From the IMG/VR virus record IMGVR_UViG_3300020538_000003, positions 1 to 64,000 of that record: DNA of 64,000 bases; one strand, given 5' to 3'. This DNA is from a virus. Below are positions 1 through 8,410 of the stretch, one piece after another (the stretch's first letter is position 1; each line of letters begins with the position of its first letter). Both the position numbers and the translations under genes were made by a program. The notes below the pieces were generated by a model. That model did not search any database. It was not told the origin of the DNA and worked only from the letters and a program-made list of their open reading frames with translations.

Positions 1-1
1 G

Positions 2-385
2 CGACTGCCCAAAGGTGCAAAGTTTGCTTCTCCAAGCAATGAAGAGAGAGAGAAAATTAACAAAACTTTTGCTGCACGTATTCGTAATATTGTAAGTACA
101 ATTGATAAAATTCTTTTTAATCGTCTAGATCTTTATATTGGAGTCTCTCCACCTTCTGTAACGATAGCTCAATACAAAGAAAAGTTTGGTACACTACGAA
201 TCTATCATGATGGTGGAGATGATAAGGTTGACGGCATGGTTCGCTATGCCGAACATCTTTCTTCACTTACTTGCCAAGATACTGGAAAGCGTGGGCAATT
301 GTGCAAGCGTGGAATGTGGTATGCTACATTGTGTGATCAAGAAGCACAGAAAGAAGGTTATAAGCCTGTTGATGAGGAACTTTAA
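2..385 (+). CDS. Conserved phage hypothetical protein, 5'-truncated by window edge
   Basis: Frame 2 is open from the window start to TAA at 383-385. It carries QYKEKFGTLRIY...LTCQDTGKRG...WYATLC, a motif common in phage proteins. Not in the ORF track because no start lies in the window. Confidence 0.75.
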   Translation, partial: RLPKGAKFASPSNEEREKINKTFAARIRNIVSTIDKILFNRLDLYIGVSPPSVTIAQYKEKFGTLRIYHDGGDDKVDGMVRYAEHLSSLTCQDTGKRGQLCKRGMWYATLCDQEAQKEGYKPVDEEL

Positions 386-397
386 TATAATAAAGAC

Positions 398-1069
398 ATG
401 AGTAAACCAATTTACATAGTAGGAGATATCCATGGTAAATGGGATCAATTATTTTTGAAAATAAAAGCATCAGAGATTCGTAACTTCACACTGATTGGTG
501 TGGGCGATTTGGGTATTGGATTTAAACTTGACAAACAACAATCTCGTCAGTTTGACTATATCAATAGCTTTTTTGGTGGCAAGGGCATTGACTTTATTGG
601 CATTCGTGGCAATCATGATGATCCATCTTATTTTGATGGAAGAGTAAGCATGAGTAATTTTAAACTATTGCCCGATTATACTTATCTAACGCTAAACGAC
701 AAAAAGTTTGGTTTTGTTGGTGGCGCAGTTAGCATTGATCGTCGTATGCGAGCAGAAGGTATCTCATACTGGAAAGATGAAAAGTTTGTTTTAGATCATT
801 CAAAGATTGAACGTTGTGATGTACTTGTAACACATAGCGCACCTACATGGAGTGGTTCATTTGACAAAGATGGAATTTCTAGTTGGTGTGATCGTGATGA
901 AACACTTTGGGATGAGTGTGTGCAAGAACGCAAAGATCATGATGTGTTAATCAAACTTTGTGGAGTATCTCGTCACTATTGCGGTCATTTTCATCAGTAT
1001 TCTGTAGTTGACTTTGATGGATGTGTGAGTACAATATTAGACGAACTAGAAATCAAAGAAATAAGATGA
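398..1069 (+). CDS. Calcineurin-like metallophosphoesterase
   Basis: Motifs GDIHG, GDLG, RGNHD, THSAP, GHFH. Confidence 0.9.
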   Translation: MSKPIYIVGDIHGKWDQLFLKIKASEIRNFTLIGVGDLGIGFKLDKQQSRQFDYINSFFGGKGIDFIGIRGNHDDPSYFDGRVSMSNFKLLPDYTYLTLNDKKFGFVGGAVSIDRRMRAEGISYWKDEKFVLDHSKIERCDVLVTHSAPTWSGSFDKDGISSWCDRDETLWDECVQERKDHDVLIKLCGVSRHYCGHFHQYSVVDFDGCVSTILDELEIKEIR

Positions 1070-1368
1070 ACAAACAACTCACCATTGAAGAACTAAATAA
1101 AATTTTAGATTCATATATTGCTTTAAAAAAAGTAATGGACAAAGCACATGATGCGGGGTTTATGGATATTAATGGTTTATTTTACAATACAGTTTGGAAA
1201 GCATTTGAAGATACAGTAGCTATCATTGATCCAGAAAGTTGGATTATGTGGTATATCTATGACAATGATATGGGAGAAAGAGGAATGCAGGTAAAAATTG
1301 CCGATAAAGAATTTTCTGTTAAAAACAGAAGAGATTTGCTGGAAGTTATGAACTCTTATTATGATTAA
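1066..1368 (+). CDS. Hypothetical protein
   Basis: ORF track; start moved to the ATG at 1066 (ATGA overlap with the upstream stop). Confidence 0.7.
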   Translation: MNKQLTIEELNKILDSYIALKKVMDKAHDAGFMDINGLFYNTVWKAFEDTVAIIDPESWIMWYIYDNDMGERGMQVKIADKEFSVKNRRDLLEVMNSYYD

Positions 1369-1558
1369 AAATACTATTATTATTATTCTATTGATTATTC
1401 ATACTTTCTTATGTATGATGGCAGGTTTTTATGCTGGCGTTGATGATACAGAAAGAAAAGCATATGAAAATGGTCATATGACTATTGAGCGTGTAGGTGA
1501 TAAAAGAAATTACCGTTGGATAGAAACTCATAAATTAGGATACGATTATGATGAATGA
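1361..1558 (+). CDS. Small membrane-anchored hypothetical protein
   Basis: Hydrophobic N-terminus; overlaps the upstream stop. Confidence 0.65.
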   Translation: MIKNTIIIILLIIHTFLCMMAGFYAGVDDTERKAYENGHMTIERVGDKRNYRWIETHKLGYDYDE

Positions 1559-1663
1559 AATAAATATTATTTTATACACTGCTTCAATGGTAATTTTTGG
1601 AATTGTTGCACTTATTCTTTTTGATAAATATGATGATGAATAAAAATTAAATTATAAAAATAT

Positions 1664-1918
1664 ATGAATGGTAAATTTTTTAAATGTGACTGCGGACATG
1701 GTGGACTTTATGTAAGTCATGATCCAGATTTTGGAACTGAATTCGCTCATTTTCAGTATGATATTTCCATTGGTTTTATCTTTAGAATTAAACAAGCGTG
1801 GTTGACTCTGCGGGGCAAACCTTATACTGATATGACCATTCTCAATGATCAAGAATTGGCAAATCTTGTTGATCACTTGGCAGAAATTCAAAACCTTAAA
1901 TATAAAAAAGATTATTAA
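1664..1918 (+). CDS. Hypothetical protein
   Basis: ORF in operon orientation; N-terminal CDC motif. Confidence 0.65.
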   Translation: MNGKFFKCDCGHGGLYVSHDPDFGTEFAHFQYDISIGFIFRIKQAWLTLRGKPYTDMTILNDQELANLVDHLAEIQNLKYKKDY

Positions 1919-1919
1919 T

Positions 1920-2129
1920 ATGATACACTCCCCAAAAGAACCAATTAAAATAACAATTGAAGGTGGTTTTCGTCCAGATAAAACTATTCAGTTGACACTT
2001 TGTCCAGGTGCTGATATAAATGATTGGATTGAAACATTTAAAACAATTTTAATTCACCAATCTTTTAGCGAAACAACTATCAAGGAGCTTTTTGAAGAAC
2101 CAGATTACAATGAATCATATGAGCTTTAA
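1920..2129 (+). CDS. Hypothetical protein
   Basis: Start moved to the ATG directly after the upstream stop. Confidence 0.6.
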   Translation: MIHSPKEPIKITIEGGFRPDKTIQLTLCPGADINDWIETFKTILIHQSFSETTIKELFEEPDYNESYEL

Positions 2130-2289
2130 GAATAAAAAAGAAGCAATTGTTTTTCTTGAATCATTTGAAGTTTTTGTTTCAGATGGAAACGACATTCTCC
2201 TGCCGAAGAAAAAACTTTTTGATGATGAGGTGCATGATGCAATTGATTATTTGATCGATGAGTGTGATTTTGGAATTAAATATTTTTAA
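2119..2289 (+). CDS. Hypothetical protein
   Basis: ORF track; start probably MSFKNKK. Confidence 0.55.
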   Translation: MSFKNKKEAIVFLESFEVFVSDGNDILLPKKKLFDDEVHDAIDYLIDECDFGIKYF

Positions 2290-2296
2290 TAAAAAA

Positions 2297-2324
2297 TTGA
2301 AGTTATTAAGGTAAATTTTATTAT
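2297..2324 (+). promoter_or_regulatory. Sigma70-like promoter
   Basis: TTGAAG(2297-2302)-16 bp-TATTAT(2319-2324), 5 nt before ATG 2330. Confidence 0.5.
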
Positions 2325-2329
2325 TTTGT

Positions 2330-2698
2330 ATGGAACCTTTATTTTTAACACCCGAACTTCATCAAAAGGGATGGGGTGATGAACTCTGGATTGTAAATAA
2401 TGACAAATATTGTGGGAAAATTTTAAGATTCAATAAGGGTTCGGAGTTTTCAATGCATTACCATATCTCAAAAGAAGAGACTTGGTTTGTAACTAATGGA
2501 AAATTAAAAATGATTTTCTTTGATTTAAAAACAGCAGAAAGAAAAGAAAAAATATTACAAACAGGCGATGTAGTTCATTTGAAACCATGCATACCTCATA
2601 AATTAATTGCAGAAGAAGATTCAATTATATTTGAAATAAGCACAACTCATCACGAAGAAGATTCTTACAGAGTAGAAAAAGGCAACTCTCAAAAATGA
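2330..2698 (+). CDS. Cupin-domain protein (sugar isomerase-like)
   Basis: KGWGDELW, SMHYH..KEETW, PCIPHKL, EIST cupin motifs; first gene of a heptose operon. Confidence 0.8.
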   Translation: MEPLFLTPELHQKGWGDELWIVNNDKYCGKILRFNKGSEFSMHYHISKEETWFVTNGKLKMIFFDLKTAERKEKILQTGDVVHLKPCIPHKLIAEEDSIIFEISTTHHEEDSYRVEKGNSQK

Positions 2699-3444
2699 AA
2701 GTATTACTTATAGGAGAAACATGTTTCGATACATTTATTTATGGTAAATGCGAAAGAATTTGCCCAGAAGCACCTATTCCAATTTTTTTACCAATTCATG
2801 AAAAAGTAACCAAGGGAATGGCGGCAAATGTTCTAGAAAACTTAAAGTCATTAGACAAAAAGTATAATAATAAAATTATTTTTGATTTTTGGACCAACAA
2901 ACAAGTTAATAAAAAAATTCGGTATGTTGACGAACAGTCTAATCAAATGATTTTAAGAGTTGATGAAGAACTTATTTATAGTTTTGAAGACAATGAATTA
3001 GATTGCGATATTCAAGATTACGATGCAGTTATTATTTCGGATTACAATAAAGGTTTACTGAGTGAATCTCAACTTATTGAAATTAGTTCCAAAGCAAAAT
3101 TATCATTTATAGATACAAAGAAAAAATATAATTACGAATGGGCTAAATATTTTAATTTTATAAAAATTAATAATAAAGAAGCAAATGAAAATGGGTTTTT
3201 AAATATAAAAGAAATATTTGATAAGATGATTGTTACTGCGGCTAGTGATGGTTGTTATTTTAAGGATAAACATTTTCCAATAAAAAATAAATCAGAAGTA
3301 AGAGATGTGTGTGGTGCTGGTGATACATTTTTAGCGGCATTCGCATATTCTATTATTTTAGGCCAAAACGTAGAAAGTGCTATTGACTTTGCTCAAGATT
3401 CATGTCAAACTGTTATTAGTAAAAGAGGAGTTGTTTCTGTATGA
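2695..3444 (+). CDS. D-glycero-D-manno-heptose-7-phosphate kinase (HldE/RfaE kinase domain, PfkB family)
   Basis: RICPEAPIP, GMAANV, ISDYNKG, DVCGAGDTF. Confidence 0.88.
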   Translation: MKVLLIGETCFDTFIYGKCERICPEAPIPIFLPIHEKVTKGMAANVLENLKSLDKKYNNKIIFDFWTNKQVNKKIRYVDEQSNQMILRVDEELIYSFEDNELDCDIQDYDAVIISDYNKGLLSESQLIEISSKAKLSFIDTKKKYNYEWAKYFNFIKINNKEANENGFLNIKEIFDKMIVTAASDGCYFKDKHFPIKNKSEVRDVCGAGDTFLAAFAYSIILGQNVESAIDFAQDSCQTVISKRGVVSV

Positions 3445-3932
3445 ATCATGAAAAAATTATATCATTAGATGGCTTAAAAAAATATTGGTTCGACTCATAT
3501 GAAAATGTTTTATTTACAAACGGTTGTTTCGACTTATTTCATGCTGGTCATGCTAAAGCGTTAAATGACATAAAAAAAGATTCGCAATCAAATTGTTTTT
3601 TAATTGTTGGGGTTAATAGTGATAAAAGCATAAAAAAGATAAAAGGTGAAAGTAGACCAATAATAAACCAAAATGAAAGAGCTTATGTAGTGGCTTGCCA
3701 TAGAGCTGTAGATATGGTTTTCATATTTGACGAAGAAAACGTTTCATCTTATATTAAGATGATTCGCCCTAATTTTTGGTATAAATCATCAGATTATGAT
3801 ATTAAGTCAATTAACCAAGAAGAAAGGCTAAGTATTGAAGAAGTTAATGGAGAAATTAAATTTATAAATTTGGTTGATGGAATCAGTACAAGTAAAATCA
3901 TTAATAAAATAGGAGGAATTTTCATTGAATAA
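3441..3932 (+). CDS. Heptose-1-phosphate adenylyltransferase (HldE/RfaE C-terminal domain)
   Basis: FTNGCFDLFHAGH, VGVNSDKSIKKIKGESRPI, GISTSKII. Confidence 0.9.
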   Translation: MNHEKIISLDGLKKYWFDSYENVLFTNGCFDLFHAGHAKALNDIKKDSQSNCFLIVGVNSDKSIKKIKGESRPIINQNERAYVVACHRAVDMVFIFDEENVSSYIKMIRPNFWYKSSDYDIKSINQEERLSIEEVNGEIKFINLVDGISTSKIINKIGGIFIE

Positions 3933-4239
3933 ATTTTTAATAGATATTGACGGGACAATCTGCAACAATACATATGGGGAATATGAAGAAGCTGTACCTG
4001 TTCAAGAAAGAATAGATTTTTTAAATCAATTATTTGACAAGGGTCATGAAATCATTTATTGGACGGCTCGTGGAGCGAATACTGGAAAAGATTGGAGTAA
4101 CTTAACGAAAAAACAATTAGATGATTGGGGTGTCAAAAGGCATGAGTTAAGAATGAACAAACCATCTTATGATTTTTGGATTGATGATAAAGCATTTAAT
4201 GCTGATCATTTTTTTGAAATTGTAAATAAAATAAATTAA
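3925..4239 (+). CDS. Small HAD-superfamily phosphatase
   Basis: DIDGTI, WTARG, KP, IDDK; TTG start. Confidence 0.8.
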   Translation: MNKFLIDIDGTICNNTYGEYEEAVPVQERIDFLNQLFDKGHEIIYWTARGANTGKDWSNLTKKQLDDWGVKRHELRMNKPSYDFWIDDKAFNADHFFEIVNKIN

Positions 4240-4243
4240 AAAA

Positions 4244-4615
4244 ATGAAATACATAATTATATTTATAATGCTTAATTTGATTATTTGTGGTAACTTGTTA
4301 GCAAATAATTATATCGCAAGAGTAACATACTATTGGGGCTGTAAAAACACTTCAACTGGAAACAAACCACTTTCTGGCAAAACAATTGCGGTTGATCCAA
4401 AAATTATTCCTTATGGATCAAAGATTATTATCCCACAAATGGGAAAAACTTTTATAGCTCATGACACAGGAAGCGCAGTTAAATCTCGTTTAGCTTCAAG
4501 AAAGCATGGGCGAAATAATATTGTTGTCGATATTTTTTGTCAGTCTGAATCTCAAGCAAGACAGTATATCAAGAAATATCCAATGTTCATGCCAATTAAA
4601 ATCATTAAAAAATGA
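4244..4615 (+). CDS. 3D-domain cell-wall hydrolase with signal or anchor
   Basis: IAVDPKIIPYGS, AHDTGSAVK, VDIF (three Asp motifs); hydrophobic N-terminus. Confidence 0.85.
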   Translation: MKYIIIFIMLNLIICGNLLANNYIARVTYYWGCKNTSTGNKPLSGKTIAVDPKIIPYGSKIIIPQMGKTFIAHDTGSAVKSRLASRKHGRNNIVVDIFCQSESQARQYIKKYPMFMPIKIIKK

Positions 4616-4764
4616 ACTTTGAAGATATAGTAGTTTTTTTAGCTTTTATTCTTTACTTAATCGTGGGAGTAAGCTACCTTATTAAAGGTGAATATGCTTG
4701 GTCACTTGTGTGGATGAGTTATTCAGTAGCAAATTTAGGATTAATTTTAGCAGCAAATAAATAA
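4612..4764 (+). CDS. 50-aa membrane protein
   Basis: Manually translated MNFEDIVVFLAFILYLIVGVSYLIKGEYAWSLVWMSYSVANLGLILAANK; fills the gap with an ATGA overlap. Confidence 0.6.
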   Translation: MNFEDIVVFLAFILYLIVGVSYLIKGEYAWSLVWMSYSVANLGLILAANK

Positions 4765-4765
4765 A

Positions 4766-5494
4766 ATGGGTATGTTCGATTACATAAGAATAGGAACAAC
4801 TCTACCAGAGTTGCCAGATGCGGTTATCTCTCATTGGGGAGATAAAGTAAGTGATATTGCCTTTCAAACGAAAGACACACCAAACCAAGCAATGTCAACC
4901 TATAGGATTGATGGTAATGGTCAATTGTGGTTTAAGAAGGTTGAAGGTCATTGGGAAAAGGGTAAAGAGGTTGCTGAAGACGCACCATTTAGCGAAAAGA
5001 TAGCTGCAATGGGTCACTTTGTGACTGATTCAGAGTGGTATGAGAAAGAATGTTTTAGCGGAAACATTTGCTTCTATGAAAGCTATAGTCATCCAGAATA
5101 TCACGAACTCGATGATCATGCTGGAAATAGCGATGAATGGATGAGATTCGTCCGTGGTTGGATAGAATATTCTGCACTTTTTAAAGACGGTAAGTTAATT
5201 GGTGATATCGAGTTAGTTAAACATGAAGAGCCACAAAAATTAACCGATGAAGAGCTTGCAGAAAGTAAAGCAAGGGTTGCCGCTCAACGCAAAGAAATGG
5301 AAGAGCGGTTCAGAGAGAATCGTAAAAAATATCCTACAGCTGAACAAAAGCTTATTGATAATATTGATAGAGAGACTAAACTTGTTGAAACTATTATGGA
5401 CGAGAGTGATTTTAGTTACGCAATAAGCAATATTAGAATTTTAATTAAAGAATATAGAGAAAAAACAGATACATGGTATGAACGAACTAAATAA
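4766..5494 (+). CDS. Conserved phage hypothetical protein
   Basis: MGMFD...FQTKD N-terminal signature; 242 aa. Confidence 0.75.
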   Translation: MGMFDYIRIGTTLPELPDAVISHWGDKVSDIAFQTKDTPNQAMSTYRIDGNGQLWFKKVEGHWEKGKEVAEDAPFSEKIAAMGHFVTDSEWYEKECFSGNICFYESYSHPEYHELDDHAGNSDEWMRFVRGWIEYSALFKDGKLIGDIELVKHEEPQKLTDEELAESKARVAAQRKEMEERFRENRKKYPTAEQKLIDNIDRETKLVETIMDESDFSYAISNIRILIKEYREKTDTWYERTK

Positions 5495-5681
5495 AGAGCA
5501 ACAAGAAAAACTTGAAATTGCACGACAAGCAGTTATTGAACTTCAAAAACAACAAACTATAATTTACGATAATCTTACAGAAGAAATTGGTGAGGATAAT
5601 GATTGGATTTTTGATTATATCTTCAATTGCGCCGAAGAAAGCGAATACACAAACACAGTTAGAAATCAAATTTTCGAATAG
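5478..5681 (+). CDS. Hypothetical protein
   Basis: ORF in operon. Confidence 0.6.
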   Translation: MNELNKEQQEKLEIARQAVIELQKQQTIIYDNLTEEIGEDNDWIFDYIFNCAEESEYTNTVRNQIFE

Positions 5682-6206
5682 ATGTTTTACAGAAACAAAT
5701 ACGATCAAACTGGCGAGTCTTCTCAAATGGGTGAATCTGCTGAATTACAATTCAAAAAAATAGCTGAAAAACTTGGTAATCAAGTGACAGACGCGACTTT
5801 TAGAGAACAGATTAGCCATATTGATTTTCACATTATCGATAAAAAAGGTGAAAAATATACAGTCGATGTAAAGTCAAGAAAAAAAGTCAAAAGAAAAGAT
5901 AATAATGTTGATGATGAAGTCATTTGGATTGAATTTAAAAATGTTCAAGGAAAAAAAGGATGGCTTTATGGAATGGCAAATTTTATTGCCTTTGAAAGAG
6001 AAGACTCTTTTTTAATGGTCAGTCGTCCTGCACTAGCAGGATTATGTGAAAAAATTGTTGATCTTGAAAAAATTAATGATAATATCAAATATCCTCTTTA
6101 TACAGGATACCAAAGATACGGTAGAAAAGATCTTCTTTCCTTAATTAAGATAGAAGATATTACAAATAATTTAAGTCACACATTTTTTAAAAAGAATGAA
6201 GATTAA
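5682..6206 (+). CDS. PD-(D/E)XK-like nuclease
   Basis: G..AE, IDF, VDVKSRK, WIEFKN..GKKGWLY. Confidence 0.65.
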   Translation: MFYRNKYDQTGESSQMGESAELQFKKIAEKLGNQVTDATFREQISHIDFHIIDKKGEKYTVDVKSRKKVKRKDNNVDDEVIWIEFKNVQGKKGWLYGMANFIAFEREDSFLMVSRPALAGLCEKIVDLEKINDNIKYPLYTGYQRYGRKDLLSLIKIEDITNNLSHTFFKKNED

Positions 6207-6420
6207 CGGTGAGTTAGAAATAAAATTATCTGATGAATCTAAAAAAGAAGTTTTTTACGCTTTAATGTGGGAGAAATTTGGATTCCATAAAGATTATTTT
6301 ATTGAAGGCGCTAGTGTTTATGAAATGAGATCGAATGGGGTTGGACAAGAACCTTACTTTCTCAAAAAAGCTAGTCCGTTGCAAATGTGTATTTTTGAAA
6401 TATTTAAACAATTAAAATGA
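6196..6420 (+). CDS. Hypothetical protein
   Basis: ORF in operon. Confidence 0.6.
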   Translation: MKINGELEIKLSDESKKEVFYALMWEKFGFHKDYFIEGASVYEMRSNGVGQEPYFLKKASPLQMCIFEIFKQLK

Positions 6421-7067
6421 TTAAGGTAGAGTTTATTGATAAAATGGGATCGGATATTTCTGTGGTTAATGCCGCAAGAGTTTCTTTCAATAAGAATTCT
6501 GATTATAATGAAGACGGAAGTTTCAAAGAAGGTGATGAAAAACTTATTGCTTTCTTAGCGAGAGAAAATCATTGGACTCCATTTGGTCACGCTTCACTTT
6601 CTTTTCATATTAAAGCGCCAATCTTTGTTGCTAGACAACTAGTAAAACATACAGTAGGGCTTGTATGGAATGAAGTTAGTCGCCGCTATGTAGATTCAGA
6701 ACCAGAAATCTATTATCCAGATAATTGGCGTAAAAAGAATGAAGATAAAAAACAAGGATCTCATGAAGATCAATTTGTAGATGTATCTTTTGGAGATGAC
6801 TGTAGTATTTATGCAAGTTGTGAAATTGCTGTAGCAACTTATAAAAGTCTTCTCGCCGCTGGTGTTTGCGCCGAACAAGCTAGAATGGTTTTGCCACAGA
6901 GCCTCATGACAGAATGGTATTGGTCTGGATCGCTTTTTGCTTTTGCTCGTGTGTGTAATTTACGCTGCAAGAAAGACACTCAAAAAGAAACTAGAGATGT
7001 CGCAAATGAAATTGATGAAATCGCTAAAGAACATTTTCCTGTTAGTTGGAAATATTTGAGACAATGA
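6417..7067 (+). CDS. thyX: FAD-dependent thymidylate synthase
   Basis: VNAARVSF, HWTPFGH, ARQLVKH...NEVSRRY, EQARMVLP. Confidence 0.95.
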   Translation: MIKVEFIDKMGSDISVVNAARVSFNKNSDYNEDGSFKEGDEKLIAFLARENHWTPFGHASLSFHIKAPIFVARQLVKHTVGLVWNEVSRRYVDSEPEIYYPDNWRKKNEDKKQGSHEDQFVDVSFGDDCSIYASCEIAVATYKSLLAAGVCAEQARMVLPQSLMTEWYWSGSLFAFARVCNLRCKKDTQKETRDVANEIDEIAKEHFPVSWKYLRQ

Positions 7068-7636
7068 ATATTGTAACATCGCAATGTAAAACAACACTTT
7101 TGCTTAATAATGCTTGGCAACCAATCAATGCTATTACAGCAAGAGCAGCATTCTCACATTTGTTGAAGGGTCATATTACTGCGCTCGATAAAAACAATAA
7201 TGTTTTTCATTCTTTAGATAGATGGAATAAAGATGCTGAGTTTTATGAAGATCAACCTGTATTGAGAAGTGCTAAAGGTGTTTGGCCTATTCCAACTGTT
7301 ATCATCGTAACGAGTAAATTTTTTCGTCGCCCAAGGAAAAAGAAATTGACCACCTTGGAGATGGCAAAGATTTATAACTTTACTTGCCAGTATTGTTTAA
7401 ATAAATTTAAAATCGCTGATTTAACAATTGATCACATCAACCCCAAAAGTAAAGGGGGAACTGATGATCATGAAAATAGAACGTTGGCATGTAAACCTTG
7501 CAACACAAGAAAGGCTAGTAAGTTTCCATTTTTTAATGTTAAAAATGAACCAGTTACTGCGCCAGAAATTCCTGCTTTAATGTTAAACACAAGTAAGGTT
7601 AGAGAAGAGTGGGAATATTTTTTAGGTTCTGTGTAA
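7064..7636 (+). CDS. HNH endonuclease (McrA-like)
   Basis: CQYC...LTIDHINPKSKGG...EN...ACKPCNTRK; start likely at the ATGA overlap, 7064. Confidence 0.9.
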   Translation: MNIVTSQCKTTLLLNNAWQPINAITARAAFSHLLKGHITALDKNNNVFHSLDRWNKDAEFYEDQPVLRSAKGVWPIPTVIIVTSKFFRRPRKKKLTTLEMAKIYNFTCQYCLNKFKIADLTIDHINPKSKGGTDDHENRTLACKPCNTRKASKFPFFNVKNEPVTAPEIPALMLNTSKVREEWEYFLGSV

Positions 7637-7643
7637 ATCCATG

Positions 7644-7671
7644 TTGACAAAAACACAAATTTGATTAAAAT
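7644..7671 (+). promoter_or_regulatory. Sigma70-like promoter driving the RNA island
   Basis: TTGACA(7644-7649)-16 bp-TAAAAT(7666-7671). Confidence 0.7.
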
Positions 7672-7764
7672 AAAAATTGAGGGTAGTAAACACCAGAAGT
7701 TACTAAGGTCCGAAAGGGAGATTGGGTTGAGATAAACCTACTAATTAGAAAGTTTTATATACTT

Positions 7765-7877
7765 TGCCTTTAGAGGGGTTAAAGGGCTTCATGCCCTGTA
7801 CTATAATGTAGATGACATGCAGGACTGCGTATGCGGGTGCGTATGGGAATATATTATAGTCGCCTCTCTAACAGGCA
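7765..7877 (+). ncRNA. Unassigned structured RNA (113-nt rod with side hairpin)
   Basis: TGCC/GGCA closing stem; 7770-7778/7863-7871; hairpin 7784-7796; 7800-7810/7850-7860 (with G-U pairs). Confidence 0.6.
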
Positions 7878-7889
7878 TCAATTTTCAAT

Positions 7890-7966
7890 CGCGGGGCAGT
7901 CAGTAGTGGTGCTGAACTAGTCTCATAAGCTAGGATTCGCTGTGAGTTCGACTCTCACCTCCGCAA
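7890..7966 (+). tRNA. tRNA-Met(CAT), initiator-like
   Basis: CGCGGGG/CTCCGCA with C1xA72 mismatch; CTCATAA loop; GTTCGACT T-loop; no encoded CCA. Confidence 0.85.
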
Positions 7967-7973
7967 TTTTTAT

Positions 7974-8059
7974 GGGTAGATACCCAAGTGGCTAAAGGGG
8001 GCAGACTGTAAATCTGCTGATGTATGTCTACGTTGGTTCGAATCCAACTCTGCCCACCA
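7974..8059 (+). tRNA. tRNA-Tyr(GTA)
   Basis: GGGTAGA/TCTGCCC, CTGTAAA loop, long variable arm, CCA. Confidence 0.95.
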
Positions 8060-8064
8060 TTTTC

Positions 8065-8138
8065 GCGGGATTTGTATAATGGCAATACGCCATCCTTCCA
8101 AGTTGGAGTCATCAGTTCGATTCTGATATCCCGCACCA
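8065..8138 (+). tRNA. tRNA-Gly(TCC)
   Basis: GCGGGAT/ATCCCGC, CTTCCAA loop, CCA. Confidence 0.92.
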
Positions 8139-8140
8139 AT

Positions 8141-8333
8141 TTTTCCCTGCCATTGTGGGCGATGATCCTACAATGAGCATTAAGGCTAAAGGCGGGTTAG
8201 CAACCCGATGATGCTAAATGTAATCCGACATAAATTAAAGTAGGCTTGGAGTCGCTACCAAGATGAAATAGTCACTGTGTTTCTTCAAATTGGTCAAAGC
8301 TCCGCTTGGCTAATTAATCGGTAGTGGGGAAAA
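8141..8333 (+). ncRNA. Unassigned multibranch structured RNA (about 193 nt)
   Basis: Closing stem TTTTCCCT/GGGGAAAA plus hairpins 8151-8175, 8176-8215 (inner 8193-8207), 8245-8262 and 8288-8315. Confidence 0.65.
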
Positions 8334-8338
8334 TACTT

Positions 8339-8409
8339 TGCGAGAGGGATCATGCGGAGATCGCTAGGCCCATAGTCTAGAGTGGAGGTTAAATTCCCTC
8401 CCCTCGCAA
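8339..8409 (+). tRNA. Degenerate tRNA-like gene, anticodon CAT
   Basis: TGCGAG/CTCGCA acceptor, GATC/GATC D-stem, CTAGG/TCTAG stem with loop CCCATAG, atypical T-loop TTAAATTC. Confidence 0.6.
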
Positions 8410-8410
8410 T

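Noticed and set aside
186-401. ORF-track 71-aa ORF (and antisense 263-448)
   Set aside because: Overlaps the motif-bearing frame 2..385, which is the more credible gene
7700-7725. AAGGTCCGAAAGGGAG resembling SRP domain IV
   Set aside because: Lacks CAGG/AGCA and the flanking long helix; kept only as a leader hairpin
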